A stretch of 64,000 nucleotides of DNA from Chlorokybus atmophyticus (taxonomy: Eukaryota; Plantae; Mesostigma and Chlorokybus algae), in the NCBI GenBank assembly GCA_009103225.1, contig RHPI01001202.1, positions 57,206-121,205 on the forward strand, read 5' to 3'. A program made the position numbers and the translations under genes. Positions 12,215 to 24,551 of this stretch are shown piece by piece. The notes under the pieces were generated by a model, which saw only the letters and a program-made list of their open reading frames with translations, did not search any database and was not told the DNA's origin. The first letter of the stretch is position 1; every line of letters starts with the position of its first letter.

Positions 12215-12598
12215 TCACCGCGCAAGCGCACAAAGAGGCAAGCATGTCGCTTCTACTGCGCGCTCCCTATCAAACTTGATTGCTGCTTCATCAGCAAGCA
12301 GATGAAATGCCAAGCGTAAGCTTGTCATCTGGATCTGTTGTGGTTTATCACCATCGCTTATGAAGAAACTTTGCGCCATCTCTTTATGTTAATGCAAAGC
12401 GACACAATGATAATATTACATATGATGCAAAGCTCACCTACACACACAAGCACACACGCCATGCAACAATCAAGAACAATACCGCTTGAAAGTATATTTA
12501 TATATGGCTACCAATTTTTACTTATCCCACCACGACCGACCGCGATAGCCATTTGTAGCGCTGCCGGCAGAGCCCAACTTGTACCCCACATCATTCAT
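12215..12598 (-). pseudogene. Possible decayed AP2/ERF-like domain
   Basis: Minus-strand pieces TNGYRGRSWWDK / RWR / KLTLG / FHLLADEAAIKFDRE occur in AP2-domain order but in shifting frames with stops. Confidence 0.3.
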
Positions 12599-13211
12599 TG
12601 TAAACTCGTTTCTATTGCCAATTTACTCATGTTCACCCGAATAATATATAAATGATAGCGGAGTCCAAACTACAGGCAATGCTGCGCATAATTCCCATAT
12701 CAAATTAACTTATTAATTATTATCAATGGTCATAGCCCCTCTTTTGTGTGAGTAGCGAGCAAGTTAAAGTCTCTGTAGGCGAAGATATTGTCGTGTGTCA
12801 CTGCCTGGTGTGTGAGAGTAGAGTCAGAGTGGTGGTGTGTGTGCACACTGCATGGGTGCGATTGCACCTTCCATTTGGTGTAAACACACTGTGTGGTCGC
12901 TGCCGGTCACCATTTCCTAAACTCTTTGGGAGTCCGCGAGCCGCACAAATCTCAACGTGACGCCCAATTGTGACAGTCGTGACGAACTTACAGCACCGCA
13001 AACTTAGACAGCCCGACGCTTCAGACTTCCAACGCGGCCTAGTACATAGCTCACGCAATTCGGCGGCGGCGGCGGCGGCAGATTGGACGTTGGCGTGAGG
13101 CGGGCGGTGGAGGAAGGGGAGAAGCCTATGTGGTAGAGCTTGCTAAACTGAGCAACCTGACTGACGGGTGTAAGAGGGGCGTGGGCGTGGGCGTGTGCTC
13201 GACTGCCAGCT

Positions 13212-16116
13212 ATGGCGGCTCTGGCTGCGGCGGCGGCATCGGCAGCGGCGACCTCAGCTCCCAGAGCGCTGTCGTCCGAGTTCCTGCTGGGCACCGGGGG
13301 CCCGCTGCAGCCCTGGCGACAGGCGTCGGCGCAGAGGCTGGCGCTGCGGGCACCTGTGGCTCGCGCCGTCGCCGCCAGCAGCAGCAGTAGCAGCAGCAGC
13401 AAGGCCGCCGACCATGATCACCCGATGGCGCAGGCGGTGCGCCGCCGAGTTGAGGCGATCGATCAGAGGCTGCAGCAGAGCCAAGTGCTTCAGCAGGTCC
13501 GCAAACAGCTGCTTGCTTGGAAAGAATTCCGCATCAGAGCGGACAGCGAGCATCGCGGGCTTCAAGCTCAACTCACAATTGATACAGTGGTCATTACGCC
13601 TCGCCACACAGCAATGGCGACAGCGATTGCTGTTGATTTCGCAACGTCCTGCTAGCTTATTCCTTGTTCAGTATCACGTTGATCAGGCGGGCTGTCCTGC
13701 TGTTGCGTACAGCTCGTTCATGATTGAGAGAAAAATGCATGCTAGCAATTACGCTATGTACGTTGAACCAATCAGTAGCTATGCATTGTCAACTCTCTTA
13801 CGTGTCTAGTTGTGGCGCCTTCATTGTTGAGCACAAGAGTTAGCGACAGTGTTGCCCTTGCCACAAGAAGCCAACAACAAATTGGGGATGGCGTAGGTGA
13901 CTGTGCTTGCTCTGTTGCTCAGTCTGTTGGCACGAGATTTGTTATGTATGTCCCCAGTCGTTGCACATGACTTGCAGTGCACGAGCAACTCACGTGAATG
14001 ACGTGTGGAGCCCTTGCATGGCTGTCGTGGATGCAAACTGCTGGTGATCTTTCCCTGCAGCAAAGGGTGGACGACAGCGAAGCAGCAGATGTGGATGGCG
14101 TGGAGGAAGAGGGCATGGAACATGATATGATGAGGGAGGAGTGTGGGGTTGTGGGCATTTGGGGAGATTCTGAAGCTGGACGATTGAGTTACTTGGCTTT
14201 GCATGCGCTGCAGCACCGAGGGCAGGAGGGCGCTGGTACGCATACTCTACTCTTGCACGATGCATTGCTGACTTGGCCATGGCGCATCTTTCAGTGTCTC
14301 TCGGTCCTCATATGCTCTTCATGGCGTGACACAGTCTCTAGCGGGGCTTTCCATGCTGTTTTGTCCCGTCCTTAGCATTGGGAGTTCAGCTGAAATGTTG
14401 TACGCGATGAGTTGTATTGTTGCTATTTTTGTTAGAAGCAGATAAGGTTGTGCTTAATTGTATAAGTGCAGTTGTGACCTTGTGCTGTGATTGTAGAACT
14501 TGTCGGTAAACTCTGCGCATACATGTACCCTGCTTTATTGTGTGGTAAGATGCAGTTCGTGACATGCGTAGAGGTCTGCGGAGGTTTGTGCCACTGCGCA
14601 AGAAGACAACAGCTTGCCTGCTGTTTGACTGGAGTTGACCTGCAGGTGTTGTGAGTTGTCAACAGGGCAAGATGCACTCCGTCATTGGCAAAGGCCTCGT
14701 GAGTGATGTCTTCAACGGCAACAATCTCAAAGATCTCGTTGGAGATCTTGCTGTGGGTCACGTGCGCTACGGTACTGCCGGAGACAGGACCGTGAAGAAT
14801 GTGCAGGTGCTTTAGGAGTTGATATACATGAGTTTGTAGGTATTGCAGAGTATCAACTCAGTAAGAGACATCTGACTTGTTTGGTCTGTGCAGCCCTTCA
14901 GGGCAGCATATCGCTTCGGGCAGGTCGCCCTTGCACACAATGGCAACATTGTCAACTTCAAAGAGCTCAGGGATGAGCTGGAGGAGACTGGAGCGATTTT
15001 CAACACCTCCTCCGACACAGAGGTGAAGCGATTGGGCCGTGTGCACACACGTGTGGGCGCTGACTCTCTGTGGGTGGTCAGGTTATCCTGCATCTGATTG
15101 CACATAGCAAAGAGGACTCCTTCATTGCGCGTCTGGTGCATGCCTGCGAACGGCTGCAAGGCGCGTATTCTCTGGTCTTGATGACAGAGAAGCAGCTTGT
15201 GGCGGTGCGAGATCCACACGGCTTCCGACCCCTCGTGATGGGCCGCAAGGGCGATTCGGTTGTGTTTGCCTCAGAAACATGTGCCTTGGACCTGATTGGT
15301 TACAAGTACGAACGAGAGATCGCGCCAGGGGAGGTGGTAGTTGTTGAGCAGGATAGCATCAGCTCCCTGTGCTTGCTGCCGGAGCAGCCACGCAAGTCCT
15401 GCGTGTTTGAGCACATCTACTTTGCTCTGCCAACATCCATAGTGTTTGGGCACAGCGTGTACAAGTCAAGGTATAGGTTCGGGGAGATCCTTGCAGAGCA
15501 GTCACCCGTCGATTGTGACTTGGTGATCGCCGTGCCAGACTCCGGCATCGTGTCTGCACTGGGCTTTGCTGCCAAGGCCGGAGTGCCGTTCCAGCAAGGC
15601 CTGATCCGATCGCATTACGTTGGCCGCACCTTCATTGAGCCCTCGCAGAAGATCAGAGACTTTGGTGTGAAGCTCAAGTTGTCTCCCGTACGGCCGGTGC
15701 TGGAAGGCAAGAGGGTCGTGGTGGTGGACGACTCCATCGTGCGAGGCACCACCTCCATGAAGATCGTGCGCATGCTGAAGGAGGCCGGCGCCACGGAGGT
15801 TCACATGCGCATCACATCCCCACCCATCACGGGATCTTGCTACTATGGCGTGGACACGCCCAGCAGGGAAGAGCTGATCTCGTGGCGCATGAACACCGAG
15901 GAGACCTGCAAGTTCATTGGTGCAGACTCGCTAGCGTTCCTGCCACTCGACAGCCTGCATGACATGTTGGGCGAGGAGGCGCCCACGTTCTGCGACGCTT
16001 GCTTCTCGGGCGATTACGCAATACCGCCTCCAGAACTTAAGGCACAGCAGCAGCTGGTTGCCACGATTGCAGCGGAAGGCGCCGATCAGCCGACAAGCGT
16101 GCCAGCTGGTGTTTAG
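13212..16116 (+). CDS. purF: Amidophosphoribosyltransferase (glutamine PRPP amidotransferase), plastid-targeted
   Basis: Ala/Ser-rich transit peptide; REECGVVG (N-terminal nucleophile Cys), [34 protein letters not shown]-binding [13 protein letters not shown] and C-terminal [10 protein letters not shown] Fe-S motif. Exons at about 13212, 14061, 14646, 14894 and 15081-16116. Confidence 0.97.
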
Positions 16117-18731
16117 ATGCTGCTAGTGTATAGCTCCAGCATGACGAGCTTCATAAGTTCTGGGTCTGTAGGCTTGTTACAGCAAGCATCAACCGTTATG
16201 ATGGCCATGGTAGTGTTGCTTCTTGCCTGCTATGGTGGGCTGTAGCCATTGGTGCAATCTTGTTTGGGAACAACATTGTTATTCTCTGCCCTTCAACACA
16301 CGCAGGGCCTTGGCATTGTTACTTGTAGCCTCCCTACTAGGGACAGGACATGCAATAAGGAAAACTGGTCATTGCTTGTTGGCAATGACACGCACAAACT
16401 GTGCTTGCCGGGTTTGTGACTATCTTTGTTACCTACCTTGCTGCCTTGTTGTTTGTGCTTATGGTGCAATGTCAACACCTCTAGAAGGTGCGTTGGACAA
16501 TACCATACAAAGATTGCACAGGTATTTTCACAAATGCCATTCAACAAGTGTTGATGGATTACTATTACTATCCCTTTTTTAACCCTTGTTAAACACTTTG
16601 CTCAACCCCAAAACTACATTATGTTACACACTCACTTCACAGCATGATAATTCATAACGAATTTACAGCTTCATACTGAGATACCAAGTTATGCATTGTA
16701 ATGGCTCTTTGAGTTTGCTTTACTGCAACTCTTGTGAGTTATACTATACGCAATTGATAATGAAGATTGTATCATACACCTTGTGTCTGCTTTGGCTATG
16801 TCGGCGAAACTTTATATTGTGGTGTCCTGAGCTTACCTTTTCATGCAGATCGCTACGTACAGAGCACACTTTGTGCATGAGCTGGTCGTGTTATTGACAC
16901 TTTGGTCGTTGCAGAGTACAGCCAGTGCAAGTTGACTGCGCGCTTGCAACGAGCTTTAGGTGATAAGTATTGGTATGTGTACTCTGAGTTGTATTTGCTT
17001 TGGTTGGTGTGCAGCCAATTGCAGGACGGCGTGGCACGGAGGTGAGGGTGATGATCATCCTTATGCACGAACATCACTCACACTGACAAAAGACACAGGT
17101 AAGTTGTGGTGACATGGTGCGGGGAGCATGCTGTGCCCGCACATGCAGGGTCAGGTCGTGCTTGCACATTGTCAACTTGACCAATTGCGCATGCTCGCAT
17201 GCTCACACTGCTCACTAATTGTTGTTCTCCTGCTCTAATGCTGTTTGTGTCTCATGTCGTGGTGCATGCTTGCAAACTAACGGCTATTTACCCTAATACG
17301 CTAACTAGCTACTTTGCAGTGTTTGATTGTCGTTGCTGTGACAGGGGTTGGTGGCGGTGTTGAGTACGAGGGCGCGGGGGGTGTGGCACTTCGTCAGCAC
17401 GCAAGCACCACACATTGCACAGCACTCCCACACTTGCCGAGCCCGCAAACTCACAAGCGCTCTATCTCTTTCTCCCCTGCTCGGCTGCTGCTAGTGGTTG
17501 TCCGTTGATGCTGCCATTCCTGCTCTGCACGCACATATTGAGGTGTAGTGGTGGTGTATCGAGTGGTTGAGTTAAGCGGTGGCCAGCTGCACCCTCCGGC
17601 CAAATTTTATGTTATCTTGTGCGATTGAGTTGTTCTACTTGTCTAGCTATGGCTTCATGCATGTTTACAATACCATATACAATGTGTATGGTGAAACCAA
17701 TCGTCAATTGACCACCAATTCGGATTTGCATTCTGTCAATGATAACAACTTTCTTTTCTCAATTTAAAAGTTGGGTTGGCAATGAGACGGTTGTAACCTT
17801 TACGTATTGTATAAGCAAAACATGAAGCTTTGTGACAGCATTTCATACTATACACGGTCTACTAATTTTGTTTATGGTGTACTGCCAACATGACAAGAAA
17901 CATGAAAGACATTACGTTTCTGATCCGGTTCGGCGCCAGGCTGAGAACCGGTTTCCCAGCAGCTGCCGCTGAGTACGGGGCTGGCGGCGGCGTTAGCCGC
18001 CTCATACTGCGCCCGGTACTGCCTGTTGCTGACGGGGAGGGGGCTGGACGGACGCAAACGTTCGCTGCCTCGCTTTTCCCGCCAGGTACGCCGGTAGAGG
18101 CCAGGCTCTCCTGGCCAGGCTAGGCCAGGCCAGGCCAAGAGACAGCTGTGGACTCATTGTTTGTAGTTGCACTTGGTTTGTGAGTGTATGGACGAGGGTG
18201 CTCAGCTCGCTTTTGTTCAGGCGGTCTTTCTGTAGGCAGCTAAAGCTGTAGTGCCATGGAATCTGTTTGTGTACTGTAGCGCCGCTTCATCCGGCCAAAA
18301 GCTAAACAACAATATGGTTTGTTTTGAAACACCGTTGGCTCACTTTCCAGCTCAACCGTCGACAGTAGCAGCTGTGATGCCGCCTGGGCATTGACAAACA
18401 AGCTGAACATTGACTCAGAAATGCGCTGCACCCAGACACCGCCATTGCAAACAACAACACCCTACAGCTTATTGTTTGACAGTAGAGCACATCTCGCGTA
18501 AGTCTATTGTTGCTGACAGCAACAGTTTCACGCAAGTAGCACCAGCAGCAGTTCTCCCCGCGCAGCATTCGCGCATGCTGACTATGACTTGTTCTGCGAG
18601 TGCAAAGCAGAGGTTTGGCGTGTTTAACAGGCTGCGGTCCCTCACTTCCCCCCTTTGCTCCGCCAATAAACTATTACCATGCAGGCACAGTTACAACTTG
18701 CATCGCTTAATGCAAGCATTTGCACCCCCCC

Positions 18732-18915
18732 NNNNNNNNNNNNNNNNNNNNNNNNNNNNNNNNNNNNNNNNNNNNNNNNNNNNNNNNNNNNNNNNNNNNN
18801 NNNNNNNNNNNNNNNNNNNNNNNNNNNNNNNNNNNNNNNNNNNNNNNNNNNNNNNNNNNNNNNNNNNNNNNNNNNNNNNNNNNNNNNNNNNNNNNNNNNN
18901 NNNNNNNNNNNNNNN
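18732..18915. other. Assembly gap (N run) flanked by poly-C
   Basis: Ns in the sequence. Confidence 1.
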
Positions 18916-19395
18916 CCCCCCCCCCCCCCCCTCCTTTTCCAGTATGCACTGAACTGTTGGAGAAGGCTAAAGTCAACAGCAGCGAAGAACACTGAACAGG
19001 TGAACACTGGACAAGTGGTTGGTTAATTAATGAACAGCTGAGCCAACAGCGCTTACAGTAAGGTAGCTTGCGCCATGTGCGACAGTGCACCGAAACAGGG
19101 CACAGTCCAACACGCTGCAGTTGGTTAGCAGTTCTTTGTGAGACTGCACCTCACCACCTCACTGAAACGTGCACACACTCATCCTGTCTCTGTTCTGAGG
19201 GCGAAGTGGACCATGGAACAGCCAACCTACCATTTGTATGCTTGCCTCACGACATTCAATTCCATGCTGGACACAACCAACTTGTTAAACATCACAAACA
19301 GGTGGGGAAAGAACATGGCAAGGCTCCGCTCAACATGCAACGAAGAAACAGCGGTGAGCTGGTTATGAGGGCAGCAGGAGTTGCAGTAAGCTCCA

Positions 19396-22300
19396 ATGGA
19401 GGTGGAAGAAAGTCAGGACTCCTTGCAACAAGCATTGCAGCAGCACCAGCCACCATCAACCACATCCCCACAAGTAGCAGCCCTTCAGCACCCGCCAGTG
19501 GTGTTTGGTGCGTGCCAGAGGGCCATCCCGCTGGCCGCTGGCGGCGTTGCCGTAGATGGATGCCAACGCTTTGACCCTGAGACACGTGATGGTGGACCTG
19601 GATCCATGAGATGCGTCGCGTGCGGATGCCATCGCAACTTTCATCTTCCTGTTGGGGTGGGTTGTACACCGACAGGCAGCAGCAAGTTGAGTGTGTATGT
19701 TACTGCCACCTCAGACCTTGTTAAGTTCTCTGTCTTCCTCTTGTGTGGCAGGCGGCTGCTGTAGACATAACAACTACACACACAACACCACCTTCCTTGT
19801 CTGGTGCCCACCACGCAGTGGACGGCTCTGGAGACTTGCAACAAGACCAGAATGCAGTTAATGGTGGGCGTGTCATGCCATCATGCGCTCACCTCTTGCA
19901 TGAACCTGATTGAATGTATTAATTGAAGTTGACTCATCTGTGCGTGAAAACCCGCATGCAGGCACTGAAGAGTTTGACCCGGCTGTTCAGGATGTGGCAA
20001 CCGCGCAGCACGAGCTGGCCATTGTTGACTCATCGAATAGTGACTATCAACAACAGCAGGAGCATGCACAGCAACAGCAACAACAGCAACAGCAGCAACA
20101 CCGACACCAATTGCAACATCAGCAACAGCTTCTGCAACAACATCAGCAGCAGCAGCCCCACTTGATCCTGGCTACGCATCGCGGCAGAAGCTCCGAGCAT
20201 GCTTTCAGACCGTTTGAGCAGGTACTGAGTATCAAGTTGCTTGGTGTTGTATTGCGACACATACATGTGAACGCCACGCCTTCAGCGTGCCCGCACGTGG
20301 TTGTGTGATGAGTGCCTTTTCCCATCTACCACCAGGCACGAGAGTATATCTGGGGACTTGGAATGAAGACGCGTGAAGAGTACAGAGAGTGGAGCCGCAA
20401 GAACGTTCGACCACCAGACATACCTGGTGGGTGTTTGTCTGTCGTCGGCAAATGCACTCTCGAGCTGAATGTCGAAGGATGTACTACATGTGTCAAGCTG
20501 TGGGCTGCGGGCATGCTTGACATCTGCACTTTCCTGCAGGCGATCCAGCCAAAGTGTATAAGAATGCCGGGTGGATATCGTGGATGGACTTCCTCGGCAC
20601 ATGCAAAGGCCGTCCCGCACACGTCGTCTTCCGCCCCTTTGAAGAGGTAAGAGAGTTGTCAACGTGTATCACATGCAATCCGCTGTTGTTTCAGCAGACT
20701 AAGTCAACTATGCATCCCAGGCTCGCGCGTATGTATGGACCCTTGGCATCAAGTCCATAGACGACTACTACAAGTGGGCAGCCTCCGGCGCACGACCACC
20801 CGATATCCCATCCAACCCGGACAAGGCGTACCGCGGCCAGTACATATCCGCTCCAGACTGGTTAGGAACACAGAAAGGCCGTCCAGCCAAACCACCCTAC
20901 CGTGGCAAATACAGGTACGTGCATGTGTGCGTGTGCGTGTGCGTGTGCGTGTGCGTGTGCGTGTGCGTGTGAGCATGCGCGTGCGTGTCTGTTGTGCATG
21001 TAAATCGTAGTACACAGGTGGGCGTACGTAGCTTATGTGCATTCATTGTTAAGCTTGATGATGTTTGGTATTCTCAGATCGTTTGAGGAGGCTCGCGAAT
21101 TTGTTTGGACGCTGGGCTTGAAACACCTGTCCGACTACCACGCGTGGAGCCGCTCCGGCCAGCGTCCGCCGGATATCCCCGGCCACCCGTGTGTATTTTA
21201 CTCGGACAAGGGCTGGATATCGTGGCCAGATTGGCTCGGGACTGAGAAGGGTGTGTTGCTGAGTGTAATGTCACATACTTTATCTCCCCTTGTCAAAGCA
21301 TTTGCTTTGGCTTATACGAAATGCATTCATTGCAACAGGGAAGCCCAAGCAATTGCATGGGGCGGGCTTCCGCACCTTTGCTGAGGCCCGCGAGTATGTT
21401 TGGACTCTTACCATCAAGTCCGAGCCCACTTATGCCGAGTGGAGCAAGTCTGGAGGAAGACCCAGGGACATACCTGCTTGTCCACACCTCGTGTACAAAG
21501 ACCAGGTAGGCTTCGCGCTAGCTGTTTATTGTCATGACCACAAGGTGTTCATCATGTGGACACCCTACCAACCTCACCTCAGGGTTGGTTGTCATGGGCG
21601 GATTTTCTCGGCACTGCAAAGGGGCAGTTGTCTAAACCTCGGCCGATACTCAACAAGGTATGGCGGTGAAGTCGCTCTTACATTCAGTTTGCTCTGACTT
21701 GTGGATGCAATCTCATACTGTAACCCAGCATGCGCCGGAGGGTGTTCGACCGTATGCGGAGGCGTGCCAGCTGGTGCGTTGGGTTGGGCTCAAGCATAAG
21801 CGTGACTATGATGAGTGGGTAAAGTCGGGAGAGGCGCCGGCAGATATGCCGCTGCACCCAAACAAGGTACAGCCGCACTTCGCATGCATGCATGAACGAT
21901 TTGGTTTTGGATTGTATAAACATCGGGCTTTCTCTGCGCCATGCGCACCTTGACATGTGTGCATTACACAGGTGTATCGCAACCTTGGCTGGACTACATG
22001 GGGCGAGTTTTTCGGCACCTCTGCAGCCATGCCTGCCGTCCTGCCCACAATCTTCAGGCCTTTTGAAGGTGATTGCCTTTTGCTGATGTGCACGAAAACC
22101 CTGTTACACATACCCACTGTGTGGAAAGCCCTCCTGTTCGTGCAGATGCGCGGGAGCTCATTTGGAGTCTAGAGTTGAAGAGCCTGGATGACTACCGCGC
22201 GTGGTGTCGCAGTGGTGAGCGGCCAGAAGACATCCCCGTGCATCCTGAGACCGTTTACGTGGACAAGGGATGGCTGAGTTGGCCGGTGAGTACCCGTCGC

Positions 22301-23766
22301 ACGTGAGTTGCGGTGTGTTGCAACACCTCGTGTGGTAATGTGGCTCACCGGTGTGTGTGCAGGACTGGCTTGGGGTGGAGAAAGGACGTCCCGGACCACG
22401 TTATGCGCATGTGTTAGCATATGAAGAGGCCAAGGAGGTGAGGGCATAGCGGCGCTTGGTCATGATGCTTTTCGTGTGTGCTATGCCACAAATGCATGAT
22501 TGTTGGTGTGTTCTTCTCTGCAGGTCATGAGGTTTGAGGGTCTGGGCCTGCGTGCGCCAGAGCAGTACTACGAATGGTGGATGCGAGGAGACATACCGGA
22601 GGGCTTGCCGCAACGACCTTACGATGTCTACAAGCGCAGGTCTGCACAGGCATATGCCATGTATCGTACTGCTGTTTGAGCCCCTGTTTTGATACTGAAC
22701 GGCGTAACACAACAGAGGTTGGGTTTCTTGGGATGACTTCTTGAGCGTCGAGTATGCTGTAGAAGATCAGGATCAGGACCAGCATCAGCACCATGATCAA
22801 GAGCACCTCCAGGACCAGCTTCATCCAGATCAGGACCAGGAGCAAATCCAGGAACACGACGAGTGCCAGGAACAGGAACAGGACCTTGAACAGGTCCAGG
22901 ATCAGGATCAGTGTCTGGATCATGGTGCTGATGACAATCAGGATCGGCTCCACCACCATCACAAGCGTACGCACGATCAGCAGCTGGAGACCAACCTCGA
23001 CACGTACGGCATGGCTGATGAGGAGGATGCCGAGCAATGCGCAAAGCGCCAAGCGGTTGAAGAAGAAGAAGAAGCAGAGTTGAATGAGATGGTGCGAGCA
23101 AACTGTACCATGGGTCCTGTTGTGTCCCCAAGCACATCATGTTGTACTGGCTGCCAATAGCAATGTTGGGCTTTGCCTGTGTCTGTAACATCCACATAGG
23201 TATATAAGAAACCTCTGCCTTGGTGCAGGTGGTTGTGCCGGAGGACCATGTGGAGCAAATGGTGGAACAGGGGATGGACGAGGTCAGTGTGACAATGTCG
23301 CACCTCATCGTTGCATGACAGCTGGATGCATGTTGAAGTTATTGTTCACTCTAACATCCCATACCTGCCTTTTTCTGTCTTGCGGCTGCAGATGGATGCT
23401 CTGGCTGCAGCTGATGCAGAAGAAGCAGCCATAGATGAAGGCAATCAGCTTCCAGAGCAAGAGCAAGAGCAGGGTGGTGCTGCAGAGCCGGAAGGCGACA
23501 TAGAGCACCTCCAGGGTCTTGAGGTCCAGCACCCCAAACACGTCCAGGAACAGCAACAGGAAGAGGAAGAGAAACAAGAACAGTTGCAATTACAACTGGA
23601 ACAGGAACAATTGCACCAGGTCCAAGACACCCTGCAGAACCAGGATCAGGATCAGGACCAGGACCAGGACCAGGACCGGGATCAGGATCAGGATCAGGAT
23701 CAGGATCAGGAACAGCTGCAAGCGCAAGTGGCACAGGAGCAGCTTGAGGGCCATGAGTCCTTATAG
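19396..23766 (+). CDS. ZF-HD dimerisation zinc finger + poly-Q linker + 7 integrase-repeat-like units + acidic D/Q/E tail
   Basis: Exon 1 carries VVFGACQRAIPLAAGGVAVDGCQRFDPETRDGGPGSMRCVACGCHRNFH (ZF-HD_dimer pattern). About 15 in-phase GT-AG exons follow, encoding seven ~55-60 aa repeats of consensus RPFEEARExVWxLGLKSxxDYxxWxxSGxRPxDIPxxPxxVYxxxGWxSWxDxLGT. Stop at 23766. Confidence 0.88.
23638..23712 (+). repeat. (GATCAG/GACCAG)n hexamer repeat encoding (DQ)n
   Basis: Directly visible in the last exon of the ZF-finger gene. Confidence 0.9.
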
Positions 23767-24551
23767 AGTGACACACAGAGCTAGCGACTGCCTACTGCGT
23801 GCTTGAACTACAAGTTCGTATCTTTTATTCAATACCTAACTGTACAGCATTGAAGTGGCTCAGCGCCTACCCGCCTGCTCCCTTGATAATGGGAGTTAAT
23901 ATGCATTAGTAATCAACCCGGTGGTCGCGCTAGCCTACTGACAATGTGCCTATGGTCGTTGCTGCGCGCGGTGGTAGCAGTTTTGGGAATCGTCTGGAGC
24001 AATGGAAAACAGCAGTAGTACTTCTGCAGCACGAAGCATGACAACAATTGTTACTATGAACCGTTTGTCGCATGCACAATAAATTCTAGTTGCATCTTAG
24101 ACCCATTCAGCTCCGTTGCTTCTCACCCCACCCCCCCAAACCCAAAAATGCCATCACCATCACCATGCGCAACATGCATGCATGCACGACAGTGACTCAG
24201 CTCGTCATTTCGGGGATAGGCGGTTAGCTTGTATTCTATATTGGATGTGCATGCTCATGAATATCTATTATATGACACGTTGCACGCGCAAACCAGACAG
24301 AGTTGTGCAGTGTATATGACAACTTATCTTTTCACGGTCATGAGGTATGCTACTTCCATTCCAGGATTGAACTACACCCTTAGTACAGGCCAGAGTCCAG
24401 CAACCTATCACGACTTTCTAAACAGCATATTCGACATCACAAACTCCCACCAGACGCAGTCAAACCTTTGCATATACTCTTATCCACATAACATAGAGCA
24501 TTGTTTCTACGCTTATTGTTTAGTGTAATGCTAGTGTCTTCATCATTTTGC

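Noticed and set aside
18642-19090. ORFs spanning X runs
   Set aside because: Open only because of the N gap; the same applies at 11077-11530.
19900-22760. Periodic repeats as a CRISPR-like or DNA tandem array
   Set aside because: The repetition is at protein level, split by introns and divergent at synonymous sites; there are no identical DNA repeats with spacers.
22525-23776. Minus-strand hydrophobic or (DP/GP)n ORFs
   Set aside because: Antisense readings of the DQ-repeat exons of the ZF-finger gene.
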